DNA of 64,000 nucleotides from Octopus vulgaris. Taxonomy: Eukaryota. The stretch spans positions 8,556,001-8,620,000 of the forward strand of contig OX597826.1 of assembly GCA_951406725.2 (NCBI GenBank), read 5' to 3'. The notes under the pieces were generated by a model. It did no database searches. It saw only the letters and a program-made list of their open reading frames with translations, and had not been told where the DNA came from. This document shows, piece by piece, positions 13,683 to 26,338 of this stretch. The number at the start of each line of letters is the position of its first letter. Within the stretch, counting starts at the first letter, position 1. Both the position numbers and the translations under genes were made by a program.

Positions 13683-14261
13683 TGCATGCATACATATTTA
13701 CACACACATTATACATACATTACTAAAAGAGACACATATGACAGCGAAGTGCATCTAATTTTTTTTTTCTTTCTTTTCTAATCGTTACTTAGTTGTGTCG
13801 AGTGAAACCTTGCACAGTTAACACAAAGCTCAATTTATCAACATGTTTTTCAGAAAACGCCATGGCGTAGAAACTTCAATACCATAACTGTCAGAAATCA
13901 ATTTATTATAAGGAATATTGCAAAATTGCATGAGAATTTGCCAGCACTACATTTCGACACGAATGTAACAAAATGAGCGCTCATACGTGTACCATTTTAG
14001 GTGTCAATGTATAAGTGATAGACAACCTGTTTTTTATGTAGAAGGAAAGACACTGAGAGACGGAAAGCGTTCACATAAGTAGCTTTTAGATATAGATTGT
14101 CAGAGAGAAAGAGAGAGAGGGGGGGGGGAGAGTGAGTGAGTGAGAGAAGGAAAGTGAGGGAGGGATAAAAAAACATACAGACACACACACACACACACGT
14201 ACACACACACTTACACACACATATACATTTATGTGTATGTATGTATGTATGTGTGCATTGA

Positions 14262-14317
14262 CTAACAGGTGGAAACTGGATAGCACACACAAAGTAGCGT
14301 TTATATATATATATACG

Positions 14318-14389
<72 letters not shown>

Positions 14390-14434
14390 ACACACATGCA
14401 CACACACACACACACAATATATATATATATATAT

Positions 14435-14471
<37 letters not shown>

Positions 14472-14533
14472 ATGTATACAAGCATAGACAAACAGGTGGA
14501 AACTGGATGGCACACACAATGTAGCTTTTATAC

Positions 14534-14583
<50 letters not shown>

Positions 14584-14700
14584 GAATATATACAAATATA
14601 TATATATGTGTGTGTATGTGTGCGTTGTGTGTGTCTGTGTGTGTGTGTACAGGCATAGACAAACAGGTGGAATCTGGATGGCACACTGAATGTAGCGTTT
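14262..14700 (+). repeat. Three copies of a 35-45 bp core separated by expanded microsatellites
   Basis: AACAGGTGGAA(A/T)CTGGAT(A/G)GCACAC..(A/T)GTAGC at about 14264, 14491 and 14662. Confidence 0.85.
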
Positions 14701-14839
14701 TTGAATGCGTGTGTATGAATGACTGTGTATCATTGTATGTATGTGCGTGGATGTATGTGTGTGTGTAAAATGAAACACTGTAGGATATATGTGTATGTAT
14801 ATGTATAAATATGTGTGTGTATTTGTGTGTGTGTGTATT

Positions 14840-14874
<35 letters not shown>

Positions 14875-14979
14875 ATTCAAGCAAGCACATTCACACATGA
14901 TGATGCATATATAGACATTAACTCATGTATAATAAAGATAACTCCATACATATTCACATCCACATGGAGTGCAATAGAT

Positions 14980-15052
<73 letters not shown>

Positions 15053-16618
15053 CAAATGGAGGCGTTCTGTTCAGAAACTTGACAGATTTTCATCTAACAC
15101 AGTTGTCGGTAAGAAAACTTCAAAATGACAGGACAAGTCGTAAAATTGCTACGTTTTAGTGACTTGTACAAGTGGAAGGCAGTTGCGTTTCAATTTTCAC
15201 TTTACCAAGTAATTAATATTCATCATTTGTTTTTGTCACGTAATACTGTCGCTTCAGTGTTTAGACTAAACATTGACTTCCCTCAAGTGAACAAATAGAA
15301 CGGTTACAGTTATCTTTGACAAGTTTTATAAATGTTTTCAATTATACGAACATGAAAGAAGCGATTTGTTAGTTGTAATGTACAATATGTGTCAAAGCCC
15401 GACCAGAACAAGTCTGTTGCGAAGCATATATCAAGTTATTGGCTACAGGGATTATGTTTAATCGAATAACTACAAACTCATAAAGTATACAAAGCCTGAC
15501 CGATAGCGGACAAACATGATGTATGTGTGTTTATATATATATATGCACATTCACTCACATATTTGCAAATGTGTGCATATATGCATAATAAAACGGATAT
15601 ATTTATAGATGTATATGTATCTATTTATATCTATTTATATGTGTGAGTGCGTGTGTGTGTACGTGTGTATATGTATGTATTGTATACATAAATTTATGTG
15701 TGTGGGCGTGTGTTTGTATGAGTATATATTATTGGTGCTAGAATGAGAATCTAAAGAGGACGGACCTGTAACTTGTATTTGTTAAGAAAAGAAGTTAATA
15801 ACTAACTATAAGATGTAGCATATGGTCATAAAGAAACGAAAGCACCTTCTTTAGAATTGTTCTTGATGTAGTGATGGGGTTGGTGTTGTGGATAATTCTG
15901 ATGCCATTGATGACCATTTTATGGAGCCTTTCATTGCTTGCTCAGTGCTTGGATGAAAAACGTGAAGATTATAGGGAATTGTAGAGGTTTGTATGCGACA
16001 AAATAAGATTGTGAACATTATCGCACTTAAGAAGTTTGGATTTAGTAGAATGGGTTTGGTGAGATTGATGCTTTTGACTTCCCTCTTCATCATTGAATGA
16101 AAGACTTGTGAAGACGCAGGTATTTCAGATACCCAATGATCTGTGGAGAAGAACTTGATTTGTTAGTGCGTGCAGACATGAGATGAGAACATAATAAATA
16201 TGGGTGATGAGACGAAGAGACATATGCTTGTCGGATGTTACTGGGATGGAAGTTGCCTGAAACCGGTTTGTGTGTTTTTAAATGATTTCATGCCAATCAA
16301 TTGAGTTACCCTTGTTAAGATGCCTGTGTGTATACCAGCAAATCCGTCCTAAATATGGGAACAATAGTTCCATTTCATTGTGGAATTCGTCTAAGGTTTA
16401 CCGAAGTTTACTAAGTTTGGAAACTAAAGTAGTTTCTGTTTCTGAGACAGAAGTATAGTTTTTGGGATGTAGTCTTTACAATACTGAGGATGTGCGTTCG
16501 CCTGGGAAGATTCTCGGTGATGCCAAAGCCTAATATTTGAATTAACCGGAAGGGAGGCTTTAGTTGTTGACTGTTTATGTTTAGAGGAATTGGTTTGCGA
16601 TGATACTTTCATGGTATG

Positions 16619-16852
16619 AAGGCGGCGAGCTGGCAGAAACGTTAGCACGCCGGGCGAAATGCTTGCGGTATTTCGTCTGCCGCTACGTTCTGAGTTCAAA
16701 TTCCGCCGAGGTCGACTTTGCCTTTCATCCTTTCGGGGTCGATAAATTAAGTACCAGATACGCACTGGGGTCGACGTAATCGATTTAATCCGTTTATCTG
16801 TCCTTGTTTGTCCCCTCTGTGTTTAGCCCCTTGTGGGTAGTAAAGAAATAGT
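16619..16852 (+). mobile_element. Full-length SINE family A inserted in the LINE remnant
   Basis: AAGGCGGCGAGCTGGCAGAAACG...GAGTTCAAATTCC...GCCTTTCATCCTTTCGGGGTCGATAAATTAAGTACC...GTAAAGAAATAG. Confidence 0.92.
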
Positions 16853-18710
16853 ATGTACTGTGGTAGTGACATTTAGCTGTGGAAAGAGACAAGATGGCTA
16901 CGATTCCATTTGAGGATGTTTTCACGGTCTCTGTTCATCGAGTCAGTTTGGGTTTGGCATCAGGTATTTCGCTTGCGTGTGAGTAACGACTGGGTGCGGG
17001 AATTTAGGGTGGAATGAATTGTAGTATCATCTGTATAGGGGTAGTAAACCGTGATGTACAGCAGGAAGATTCTGGAAACTAAACTGAATCCTGAGCATCA
17101 AAGTTTATAGCGTTTGCATAACAGAGAATAATCAGCACGCGCCAGAGGAGTGTAATACAAGAAGTTATTAATCCAAGATCGGAGATGAAAGATTATAGGT
17201 CTCCAGTTGCTCTGGTTTCATCAAAGCCGTACATGTGGTCATTAAGTAAGGAGATAGTTTCAAATTGCTGAAGAAGGTTGTCAGTATACATGGGGAGAGT
17301 TTACGAAAAAGACAAAAGATGAAGACAGGTGGTGTACAAAACTAACAGATGTATTAGTATAACGCTCAGGAATAGAAAAAGTCTTTTCCGTTTCGAGCCT
17401 ACGCTCTTCTACAGAAAGGGACACAGAAAAACAAGGAGAGAAACAAGGAAAGAAAAAAATGTGTGTAGTGGCTAACGATCTATCATGGCGACTGCCAGAA
17501 TGCCCTGCTGAGATGTTGGAAGTTTGTGCTCTAGAACTATAGTTTGTATGATTAGAGAAAACTGCCTCTCTAGAGGATAAAGGACACTGTTGCATGTTTC
17601 CGAAGATTGTACTTAAACCAGAGAAAGCGACAGAGGAGGTTAGATTGAAGAGTCTTGGTTAACTGTTTGATGATAATGGAAGATATATTGTCAGAGTTTG
17701 TTGGTCTTGTTAGTTTGAATCGAACGATAGGGATACGTTAATCCGTTTATCTGTCCTTGTTTGTCCCCTCTGTGTTTAGCCCCTTGTGGGTAGTAAAGAA
17801 ATAGTATGTACTGTGGTAGTGACATTTAGCTGTGGAAAGAGACAAGATGGCTACGATTCCATTTGAGGATGTTTTCACGGTCTCTGTTCATCGAGTCAGT
17901 TTGGGTTTGGCATCAGGTATTTCGCTTGCGTGTGAGTAACGACTGGGTGCGGGAATTTAGGGTGGAATGAATTGTAGTATCATCTGTATAGGGGTAGTAA
18001 ACCGTGATGTACAGCAGGAAGATTCTGGAAACTAAACTGAATCCTGAGCATCAAAGTTTATAGCGTTTGCATAACAGAGAATAATCAGCACGCGCCAGAG
18101 GAGTGTAATACAAGAAGTTATTAATCCAAGATCGGAGATGAAAGATTATAGGTCTCCAGTTGCTCTGGTTTCATCAAAGCCGTACATGTGGTCATTAAGT
18201 AAGGAGATAGTTTCAAATTGCTGAAGAAGGTTGTCTGTATACATGGGGAGAGTTTACGAAAAAGACAAAAGATGAAGACAGGTGGTGTACAAAACTAACA
18301 GATGTATTAGTATAACGCTCAGGAATAGAAAAAGTCTTTTCCGTTTCGAGCCTACGCTCTTCTACAGAAAGGGACACAGAAAAACAAGGAGAGAAACAAG
18401 GAAAGAAAAAAATGTGTGTAGTGGCTAACGATCTATCATGGCGACTGCCAGAATGCCCTGCTGAGATGTTGGAAGTTTGTGCTCTAGAACTATAGTTTGT
18501 ATGATTAGAGAAAACTGCCTCTCTAGAGGATAAAGGACACTGTTGCATGTTTCCGAAGATTGTACTTAAACCAGAGAAAGCGACAGAGGAGGTTAGATTG
18601 AAGAGTCTTGGTGAGGATAAGTGCTAACTTCATGGTTAACTGTTTGATGATAATGGAAGATATATTGTCAGAGTTTGTTGGTCTTGTTAGTTTGAATCGA
18701 ACGGGGATAC
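16785..18710. repeat. Near-identical tandem duplication, offset 953 bp
   Basis: Copy 1 is 16785-17737 and copy 2 is 17738-18710. They differ by a few substitutions and a 24-bp indel at about 18613-18636 flanked by TGGT. Confidence 0.95.
17291..17490 (-). mobile_element. About 200-bp Penelope-like terminal fragment with degenerate hammerhead motif (second copy 18244-18443)
   Basis: Interrupts the RT reading frame. Minus strand CTTT-CTGTAGA-A-GAGC-GTAG-GCTC-GAAAC-GGA-AAAG at 17383-17418. Confidence 0.6.
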
Positions 18711-20034
18711 TTTCGCTGCTGTGTGTATGTAATGCGTAACAGCGAGTCTGCTGCAGGAGAAAGTGAGAGTTTTACAACAAAAATACAAAAAATACACCAA
18801 ATATTTTTATCCTCGTTGAAAAGAAAATAGATCATGATAGATCTTATGGTCTTAGAACATTGGATGATTCAAAAAGATGGGGTGATCACAGCTGGAATAC
18901 CTTTAATCATGGGCCTGATCAATAAAATCTGCTCTTGAGCTAAACAACAGTAGCAACCACTACAGAAAGTTATTTGTATTAATTAGACTAAACGTCCAGA
19001 TAATCTTGTCTCTATTAACCAAACTTCTGAACGACATAGTATCATGTTGATTCATGTTTGCTGGTGATATTTCGTGAAAAAGATTCCCCGAACAGCCTAC
19101 TTCATTTCACTAGACATGATTCTAGTTTCCATTTATATTTTCAAGAAGTTACTTCTCGTTAAACATTTAGTTCTTAAGACACTTGCAATTAGTAGCATGA
19201 CGGAAAACAGCACGATACAACGAAGACGAAAGGAAATTAGGAACTTCCACTCCCTTAAGTCCAAAGCGAGCTTAATTACAGGAAAAATACCGAACTATTC
19301 TGAGAAACAATGAAAACGAAAACAATTTCTCCAACACTCCGTTTCTAATTGTTAATATTGATTTATATAATGCGGTCGCATGTCAGGAACTATAGAGCGC
19401 TGGGCAAAGTGTTTCACGTTCTGATTTAGACCAATCGGATTTCTTTGCTTTTGAGGGTTTTTCCCCCGTATTTCATCATTCTGATGTCAATAAAATAAGT
19501 ACCAGTTAAGTACTAAGGGGATTTAATCAACTAGGTCTGCATTCCCACATTTGAAATCAATTTCCATTATGGCGATTCATGTAGACCAAGAGTTAAAGTT
19601 CTGACAGGTTGAACCTAGAAGGAAGCTTCAGATTGGAAACTGTTTCCCAAGATGAACGCAGCTAATGATATTAGCAAATGCCCCAACGCTACAATTTCTA
19701 TTGATTTCTTACTTGCGAACGCCAGATTAAATGTTTTATAGTAGTTAGTCTTTCCCTGTTTGTTCTGTGTTCAAAATGCACCAAGATTTGCTTTGTTGTT
19801 CATCAAACTGGGTTCGTTAAAAATAGTAAATGACTAAAATCAATTCCCTGCCACGATGTTTATGAAAGAACAATATTGATTACGACGAATCTTTTTGGTA
19901 GACAAAATGACAATTTTTGGAGGAGAGGTAGTAGAGCTGTCTGAACTATTGCAGTATATTAGAAGTATTGTTTTGTAAATACACAAACACTAAAACGGTT
20001 TCTTAAAGATCGCCTCTTCGCAAGGGCATGTTAC

Positions 20035-20210
20035 TGTTATGTCGCACGTTCGGACGCCTCTACTACTCAACACTACTCTGCCGTCCTCGGTTCTAGTCTA
20101 CTACGTCTGCTACTGTTCTCTCTGCTCTACTCTGACGACGTCTAGACTTCTCTCTCTATATCTACATATAGGGCTAGTCTACCTCATCGTCTGGGGGCGT
20201 CCACACAACA
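20035..20210. mobile_element. Solo LTR (176 bp)
   Basis: TGTTATGT...ACACAACA termini (TG...CA, inverted), flanked by GTTAC and GTTAT as an imperfect 5-bp TSD. Confidence 0.65.
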
Positions 20211-20214
20211 GTTA

Positions 20215-21500
20215 TATATGTGGCAAGAAAGTAATTTCGAGTTTTTAGTGTAAAATAAAAGTCATTTGCTTTTTCATTCAAAGAATGAACTGTAATCAAT
20301 TACATACTTTCCATTTTGTTCTATGATCCTTTGCCATCTTTCTGGCAACTTCATGATTCCGTGCTCTTAAAACTTCTAGTTCTTATCCAGCCAAAATCTG
20401 AAGCAAGTGCGATTTCAGGTCAACATCATTATTGAAAATTTTACCATTCAAAGAAGTTTGCAAACTTCGAAATAAATGTTAATCTGATGGTGCAAGGTCA
20501 GGGTTATATGGTGGATGTAACATCACTTCACAACCGAGCTCCAATAATTTCTCACGAGTTAGTAAAGATGTGTGGTATAGCGTTGTCATGGTGAAACACA
20601 ATTCCTTTACGATTTGCCAATTCTTGCAGTTTTTCTTTGATTGCTTCCTCCAGTTTCATTAGTTGTTGACAGTAAACATCTGAATTCATCATTTGGTCCC
20701 TTGGAGGCAGCTCAAAATGCACAACACCTTTGTAATCCCACCAAATTGACAGCATGACCTTTTTTTGATGCAATTCAGCTTTCGATGTGGTTTGTGTTGG
20801 TTCATTAGGATTGGACCATGATCGGTTTCGATTGATGTGAATTGTAGACAATCCATTTTTCATCACCACTGATGACGTATTTCAAAAATAGCCGATTTCA
20901 TTGCGTTTGAGATACCTATGGCAAATATTGATTCGTTGAGTTAGGTGAATCTCTTTCAGTTTATGTGAAACCCAAATATCGAGCTTCTTAATGAGTCCAA
21001 GATAATTTGAAGTATTTTCAATTGTTGTGTGTGATACATTTACCCTCTCTGCAATCTCTTGCATAGTTATATAACAATCAGATTTAATGATGGCTTTGAT
21101 TCGATCATTATCAACTTCAGTAGGTCGACCAGGAGACGTTGGTCGTCTTTGAACGAAAAATCTCCAGAACGGACTATTTTAAACTATCTCTTCCAAGTGT
21201 GTTCTGTTAATCAATCAACACAATAAAATTCAAATATCACTTTGTCAGCCTCCACATCTTTCTTGCCTTTACAGAAATACAACAGCAAAATATGGCGAAA
21301 ATGTTCCTTTTTTGCACTCCATGTTAAAATTGACACTGAACTAACAGCTATAAACAAAATTACGAGCAACTTGCTTCTAAAGTAAACTAAAAGTAACGGC
21401 TATCAAATATCAAAAGGAAACATATCATGACATTGATAAAAGTCATTAAAAAATCGTAACTGTATGTACGAAAAACGAAATTATTTTCTTTCCAACCCAA
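20215..21500 (-). mobile_element. Full-length defective mariner transposon, mellifera-like subfamily
   Basis: About 1.29 kb. TIRs TATGTGGCAAGAAAGTAATTTCGAGTTTT and, on the reverse strand, TTGGGTTGGAAAGAAAATAATTTCGTTTTT. TA flank at 21501. Confidence 0.92.
20293..21322 (-). pseudogene. Mariner transposase pseudogene
   Basis: MECK-EHFRHILLLYF..RSGDFSFKD..GRPTEVDND..WVSHKL..KKVMLSIWWDYKGVVHFEL..FHHDNA..HPPYNPDLAPSD*HLFRSLQ..RWQRIIEQNGKYV, with multiple stops and frameshifts. Confidence 0.95.
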
Positions 21501-21719
21501 TAGAACGTTTTACCTTAAGATGACGCCTTTATTGTCACGAAATTACTTCTATTTCAACAATAATTATAATTATCTCATATCAGCATTGATTTTATATTAG
21601 CTCTATTAATATTTTAATGAATTTTATTTTTTGAATTCAGCAATTTTATTTTAATTTTAACTTTATATAAGATATGTTCAAGAATCAGGGTATATCTCCG
21701 TAGAAGGATGGTGAGTAAT

Positions 21720-21780
<61 letters not shown>

Positions 21781-21953
21781 TGTGTGTGTGTGTACAGCAG
21801 AAATTGCAAAGATAACCTGAGGATAGAAAACTCCAAATGACCCGTCCTTCTTTTCTTTGTAACGTCTGTCTGGATGTTTTGTTGCCCCTTTTTTGTATCA
21901 CCTAACTGTCTGGATGTTTTGCGTTCTTGTCCCATTTTTGTATTATATATATA

Positions 21954-22015
<62 letters not shown>

Positions 22016-22017
<2 letters not shown>

Positions 22018-22101
22018 TTTAGGTATGGTAGATGAGTTCAGCAAAAATTTAGATTCAGATGAATATGGTACTTTTTGCTGAACTCATCTACCATACCTAA
22101 A

Positions 22102-22103
<2 letters not shown>
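22016..22103. repeat. Perfect 32-bp inverted repeat with 24-nt loop, between (TA)n tracts
   Basis: ACTTTAGGTATGGTAGATGAGTTCAGCAAAAA at 22016-22047 and its reverse complement at 22072-22103. Confidence 0.95.
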
Positions 22104-22168
<65 letters not shown>

Positions 22169-22349
22169 TCTCATACCTGAATATTTCAATACATCTCAAC
22201 GCTTCAAAACAAAAAACGGCAACATATTTTTCGTTACTTTCACATTCCGTCTGCAGAGAACGGTCAGCGTTTCCCTCAAGAAGATATTCACATATCAAAC
22301 TTCATGCGAATTAATAATATCTTCCTGTATACACTTTGTTTAATGTTAC

Positions 22350-22440
22350 TTCATTATGGACATTTGTTTCCGTAATATGTATTGTAACAATCATTCGCCG
22401 CATTTTCGAAACAGCTGTAAAGATGTGCTTACATCCTTTA

Positions 22441-22481
<41 letters not shown>

Positions 22482-22772
22482 TGTGTCTGTGTGTCTGTGT
22501 GTCTGTGTCTGTGTCTATGTGTAAATGAATTCGTTTCATGTACAAATATCTCTCCAACTTTCCTTTTTAATTTTCTGCTCGAGCTTTGTGTCTTTTCTCC
22601 TGCTGCAATATTTTACCCTGCTTAAAAAGCTGGAGTTTAAGAATTCAGTCAATCCAAGCACAAATTAAACGTTTATATATATTCATTATGGACATTTGTT
22701 TCCGTAATATGTATTGTAACAATCATTCGCCGCATTTTCGAAACAGCTGTAAAGATGTGCTTACATCCTTTA

Positions 22773-22809
<37 letters not shown>

Positions 22810-23005
22810 TGTGTCTGTGTGTCTGTGTGTCTGTGTGTCTGTGTGTAAATGAATTCGTTTCATGTACAAATATCTCTCCAACTTTCCTTTTTAGTTTTCT
22901 GCTCGAGCTTTGTGTCTTTTCTCCTGCTGCAATATTTTACCCTGCTTAAAAAGCTGGAGTTTAAGAATTCAGTCAATCCAAGCACAAATTAAACGTTTAT
23001 ATATA
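22350..23005. repeat. Tandem duplication of about 330 bp
   Basis: TTCATTATGGACATTTG at 22350 and 22682. The copies are near-identical apart from (GT)n length. Confidence 0.95.
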
Positions 23006-23160
23006 TTTTAGGTTTGCTCAATATGTGAGTGTGTATACATGTGTTTAAGTATTTCTTTCATTGTACGTATATATCCATGTATGTTTGTGTGCGTTTATAA
23101 GTTTCAAATTTTACATAAGATACAAAGTTGAATTCTTATAATAACATAAAATATACTCTC

Positions 23161-23193
<33 letters not shown>

Positions 23194-23219
23194 TCAATAT
23201 CTCTGTTCACACACACTCA

Positions 23220-23289
23220 CATATATACATTCATACCTACATACAAACGTACATACATACATTCATACATACATACATACATACATACA

Positions 23290-23321
<32 letters not shown>

Positions 23322-23880
23322 CATACATACATACATGCATGCATACATACATACAAACATACATACATACATACATACATACATACATACATACATACAT
23401 ACATACATACATACATACATACATGCATGCATACATACATACATACATACATACATACATACATACATACATACACACATACATACATACATACATACAT
23501 AACATACATACATACATACATACATACATTCAAACATACATACATACATACATGCATACATACATACATACATACATACATACATACATACATGCATACA
23601 TACATACATACATACATACATACATACATACATACATACATGCATGCATGCATGCATACATACATACGTACATACATACATGCATACATATATACATGCA
23701 TACATACATACATACATACATACATACGTACATACGTACGTACATACATACATACATACATACATACATACATACATTCATACATACATACATACATACA
23801 TACATACATACATACATACATACATACATACATACATACATACATACATACATACATACATAAATACATACATACATACA

Positions 23881-23914
<34 letters not shown>

Positions 23915-24360
23915 CATACATACATACATACATACATACATACATACATACATACATACATACATACATACATACATACATACATACATACATGCATGCA
24001 TGCATGCATACATACATACGTACATACATACATGCATACATATATACATGCATACATACATACATACATACATACATACATACATACGTACATACGTACG
24101 TACATACATACATACATACATACATACATACATACATACATGCATACATACATTCATACATACATGCATACATACATTCATACATACATACATACATACG
24201 TACATACATGCATACATACATACATACATACATACATACATACATACGTACATACATGCATACATACATACAAACGTACATACACACATAAATACATACA
24301 TACATACATACATACATACATACATTCATACATACATACATACATACATACATGCATGCA
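23220..24360 (+). repeat. About 1.1-kb (CATA)n array with higher-order structure
   Basis: CATA units with CATG, CGTA and CATT variants. The variant block at about 23640-23745 recurs at about 23995-24105. Confidence 0.95.
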
Positions 24361-24898
24361 TCCCAACATTTCGCGTTCCACAACATTAGACAATATAGTT
24401 ATACGGTGATACTCCGCTATGACGTCACATGTAATTTACTGCCACTTCAAATGTGAGCGGGGTTTTTTTTTTTTGTTTCATATTTTTTTTTTTTCATTCA
24501 AACTTCATTGCAGCAATCATGTTTTTGATCAACCTTTCAGATTCTCCAATTTCGGCTCGCCGTAAGCATCGAACATAATGAAGCGTTCAAGGCGTTTAAT
24601 GCATTGATGCTTCCCTTGTGTGCGCACCGTCCATGCCTTAAATGAAGAACATTACAATGTTTTACGTAAATGTAAAAATATATATATTAGAAAATGACAC
24701 AGACACCGCAGAGTGTTGTGTGTGTGTGTCGTGTGTGTCGTGTGTGTCGTGTGTGTGTCGTGTGTCGGGAGATGGCTGGGAAGTACTGCAGTGATATTTA
24801 TTTCGCTCGCAAGTTTACCCTGTATGTATCGGAAAGATCAAACACTACACAACTCCGAAATGAATTTAGGTGTGCATTTATAGTTACATATATACATA

Positions 24899-24930
<32 letters not shown>

Positions 24931-24932
24931 CG

Positions 24933-24981
<49 letters not shown>

Positions 24982-25129
24982 GTAAGTATATACGTATATA
25001 TATATACATATATATATATAAAAATATATATATATATGCATATGTATATGTATACATGTCTGTATATATGTGTCTATGTGCGTATATATAAATATATAAT
25101 TATACATGTACATATATATATATTATCTA

Positions 25130-25176
<47 letters not shown>

Positions 25177-25288
25177 CTACGCTCCCTGGAGCTGTTCTTC
25201 CAGTTACTTTTGCATTCATTTCTTCATTGCAATCAAGTTTAATTTCTCATTGGGCCTGTCTCACCAATTTCTAATACCCTTTCTCTGC

Positions 25289-25374
<86 letters not shown>

Positions 25375-25502
25375 GCACCTTTCTTTTTCTTTTCGCTCTC
25401 AGCATCTAAGAGATCTGTATGAGTATATATATGTGTATATGTGTTTTTTTTTTTTTTTTTTATATATACATATATATACATATCTATCTATCTATCTATC
25501 TA

Positions 25503-25542
<40 letters not shown>

Positions 25543-25667
25543 TATATATATACATATATATATATACATATTTATACATATATACATATACATCTATCTA
25601 TTATATATATATATATATATACATATATACATATATATATATACATATATATACATATCTATCTATC

Positions 25668-25701
<34 letters not shown>

Positions 25702-26281
25702 CATATATATATACATATTTATATACATATTTATACATATATACATATACATCTATCTATCTATCTATCTATATATATATATATATATACATATTTATAC
25801 ATATATACATATACATCTATCTTTATATATATATACATATATATATATATACTTATAAATACATATATGTATATATATATATATATATATTTACATATAT
25901 ATGTGTATATGTATATATTATATATTATATTATATATTTATATGCACACACATACACACATATTATATACATATTCATATAGATACATTATGCCCGTGTG
26001 TATCTGTTTGTGTGTGTCTGTGCGTGTGTTCGCATGGATGCATTCGTGTGTATATGTTGATGTCTAATGAGAATTTCTTCGACTCTTACCTTCAACAGAC
26101 CGATGAAGGCAACACAGCCGACACTTCGAAGTGATTGCTAACTTTTCCTTGTAAAAATAATCTGTGTGTGTGTTTGTGTGTGTGTGTGCGTGTGTTTCTG
26201 TGAATGCGTTTTCGTGTGCATATGTTAGTGTGCGCGCTCATCGTTCAATTTAGTTTGAGTTTTTAGAATTATACAAAATCA

Positions 26282-26338
<57 letters not shown>

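Larger units (their letters stand above)
15850..18710 (-). mobile_element. Decayed CR1/Jockey-type LINE reverse transcriptase, interrupted and partly duplicated
   Basis: Minus-strand motifs in correct RT order: SDNISSIIIK..LALILTK-LFN; SNHTNYSS; LLNDHMYGF..RATGDL; INFDAQDSV..IFLLYI; YPYTDDTTIH (from YADD); NRDRENILKWNRSHLVSF; LGFGITENL..THILSIVKTTSQKL; YCSHI. Many stops and frameshifts. Confidence 0.85.

Noticed and set aside
14262-14700. CRISPR-like repeat-spacer appearance (also 53635-53719)
   Set aside because: Eukaryotic context, spacers are microsatellites or absent, and there are no cas genes.
23163-24409. Long ORFs (up to 408 aa of HTYI/MYVC repeats) and similar YI, CV, poly-Ser and poly-Leu ORFs across the window
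   Set aside because: They are translations of (CATA)n, (TA)n, (GT)n and trinucleotide arrays that lack stop codons by composition.
24419-24428. Isolated CRE motif TGACGTCA (another near 39632)
   Set aside because: A single 8-mer is expected by chance in 64 kb, and there is no supporting promoter context.
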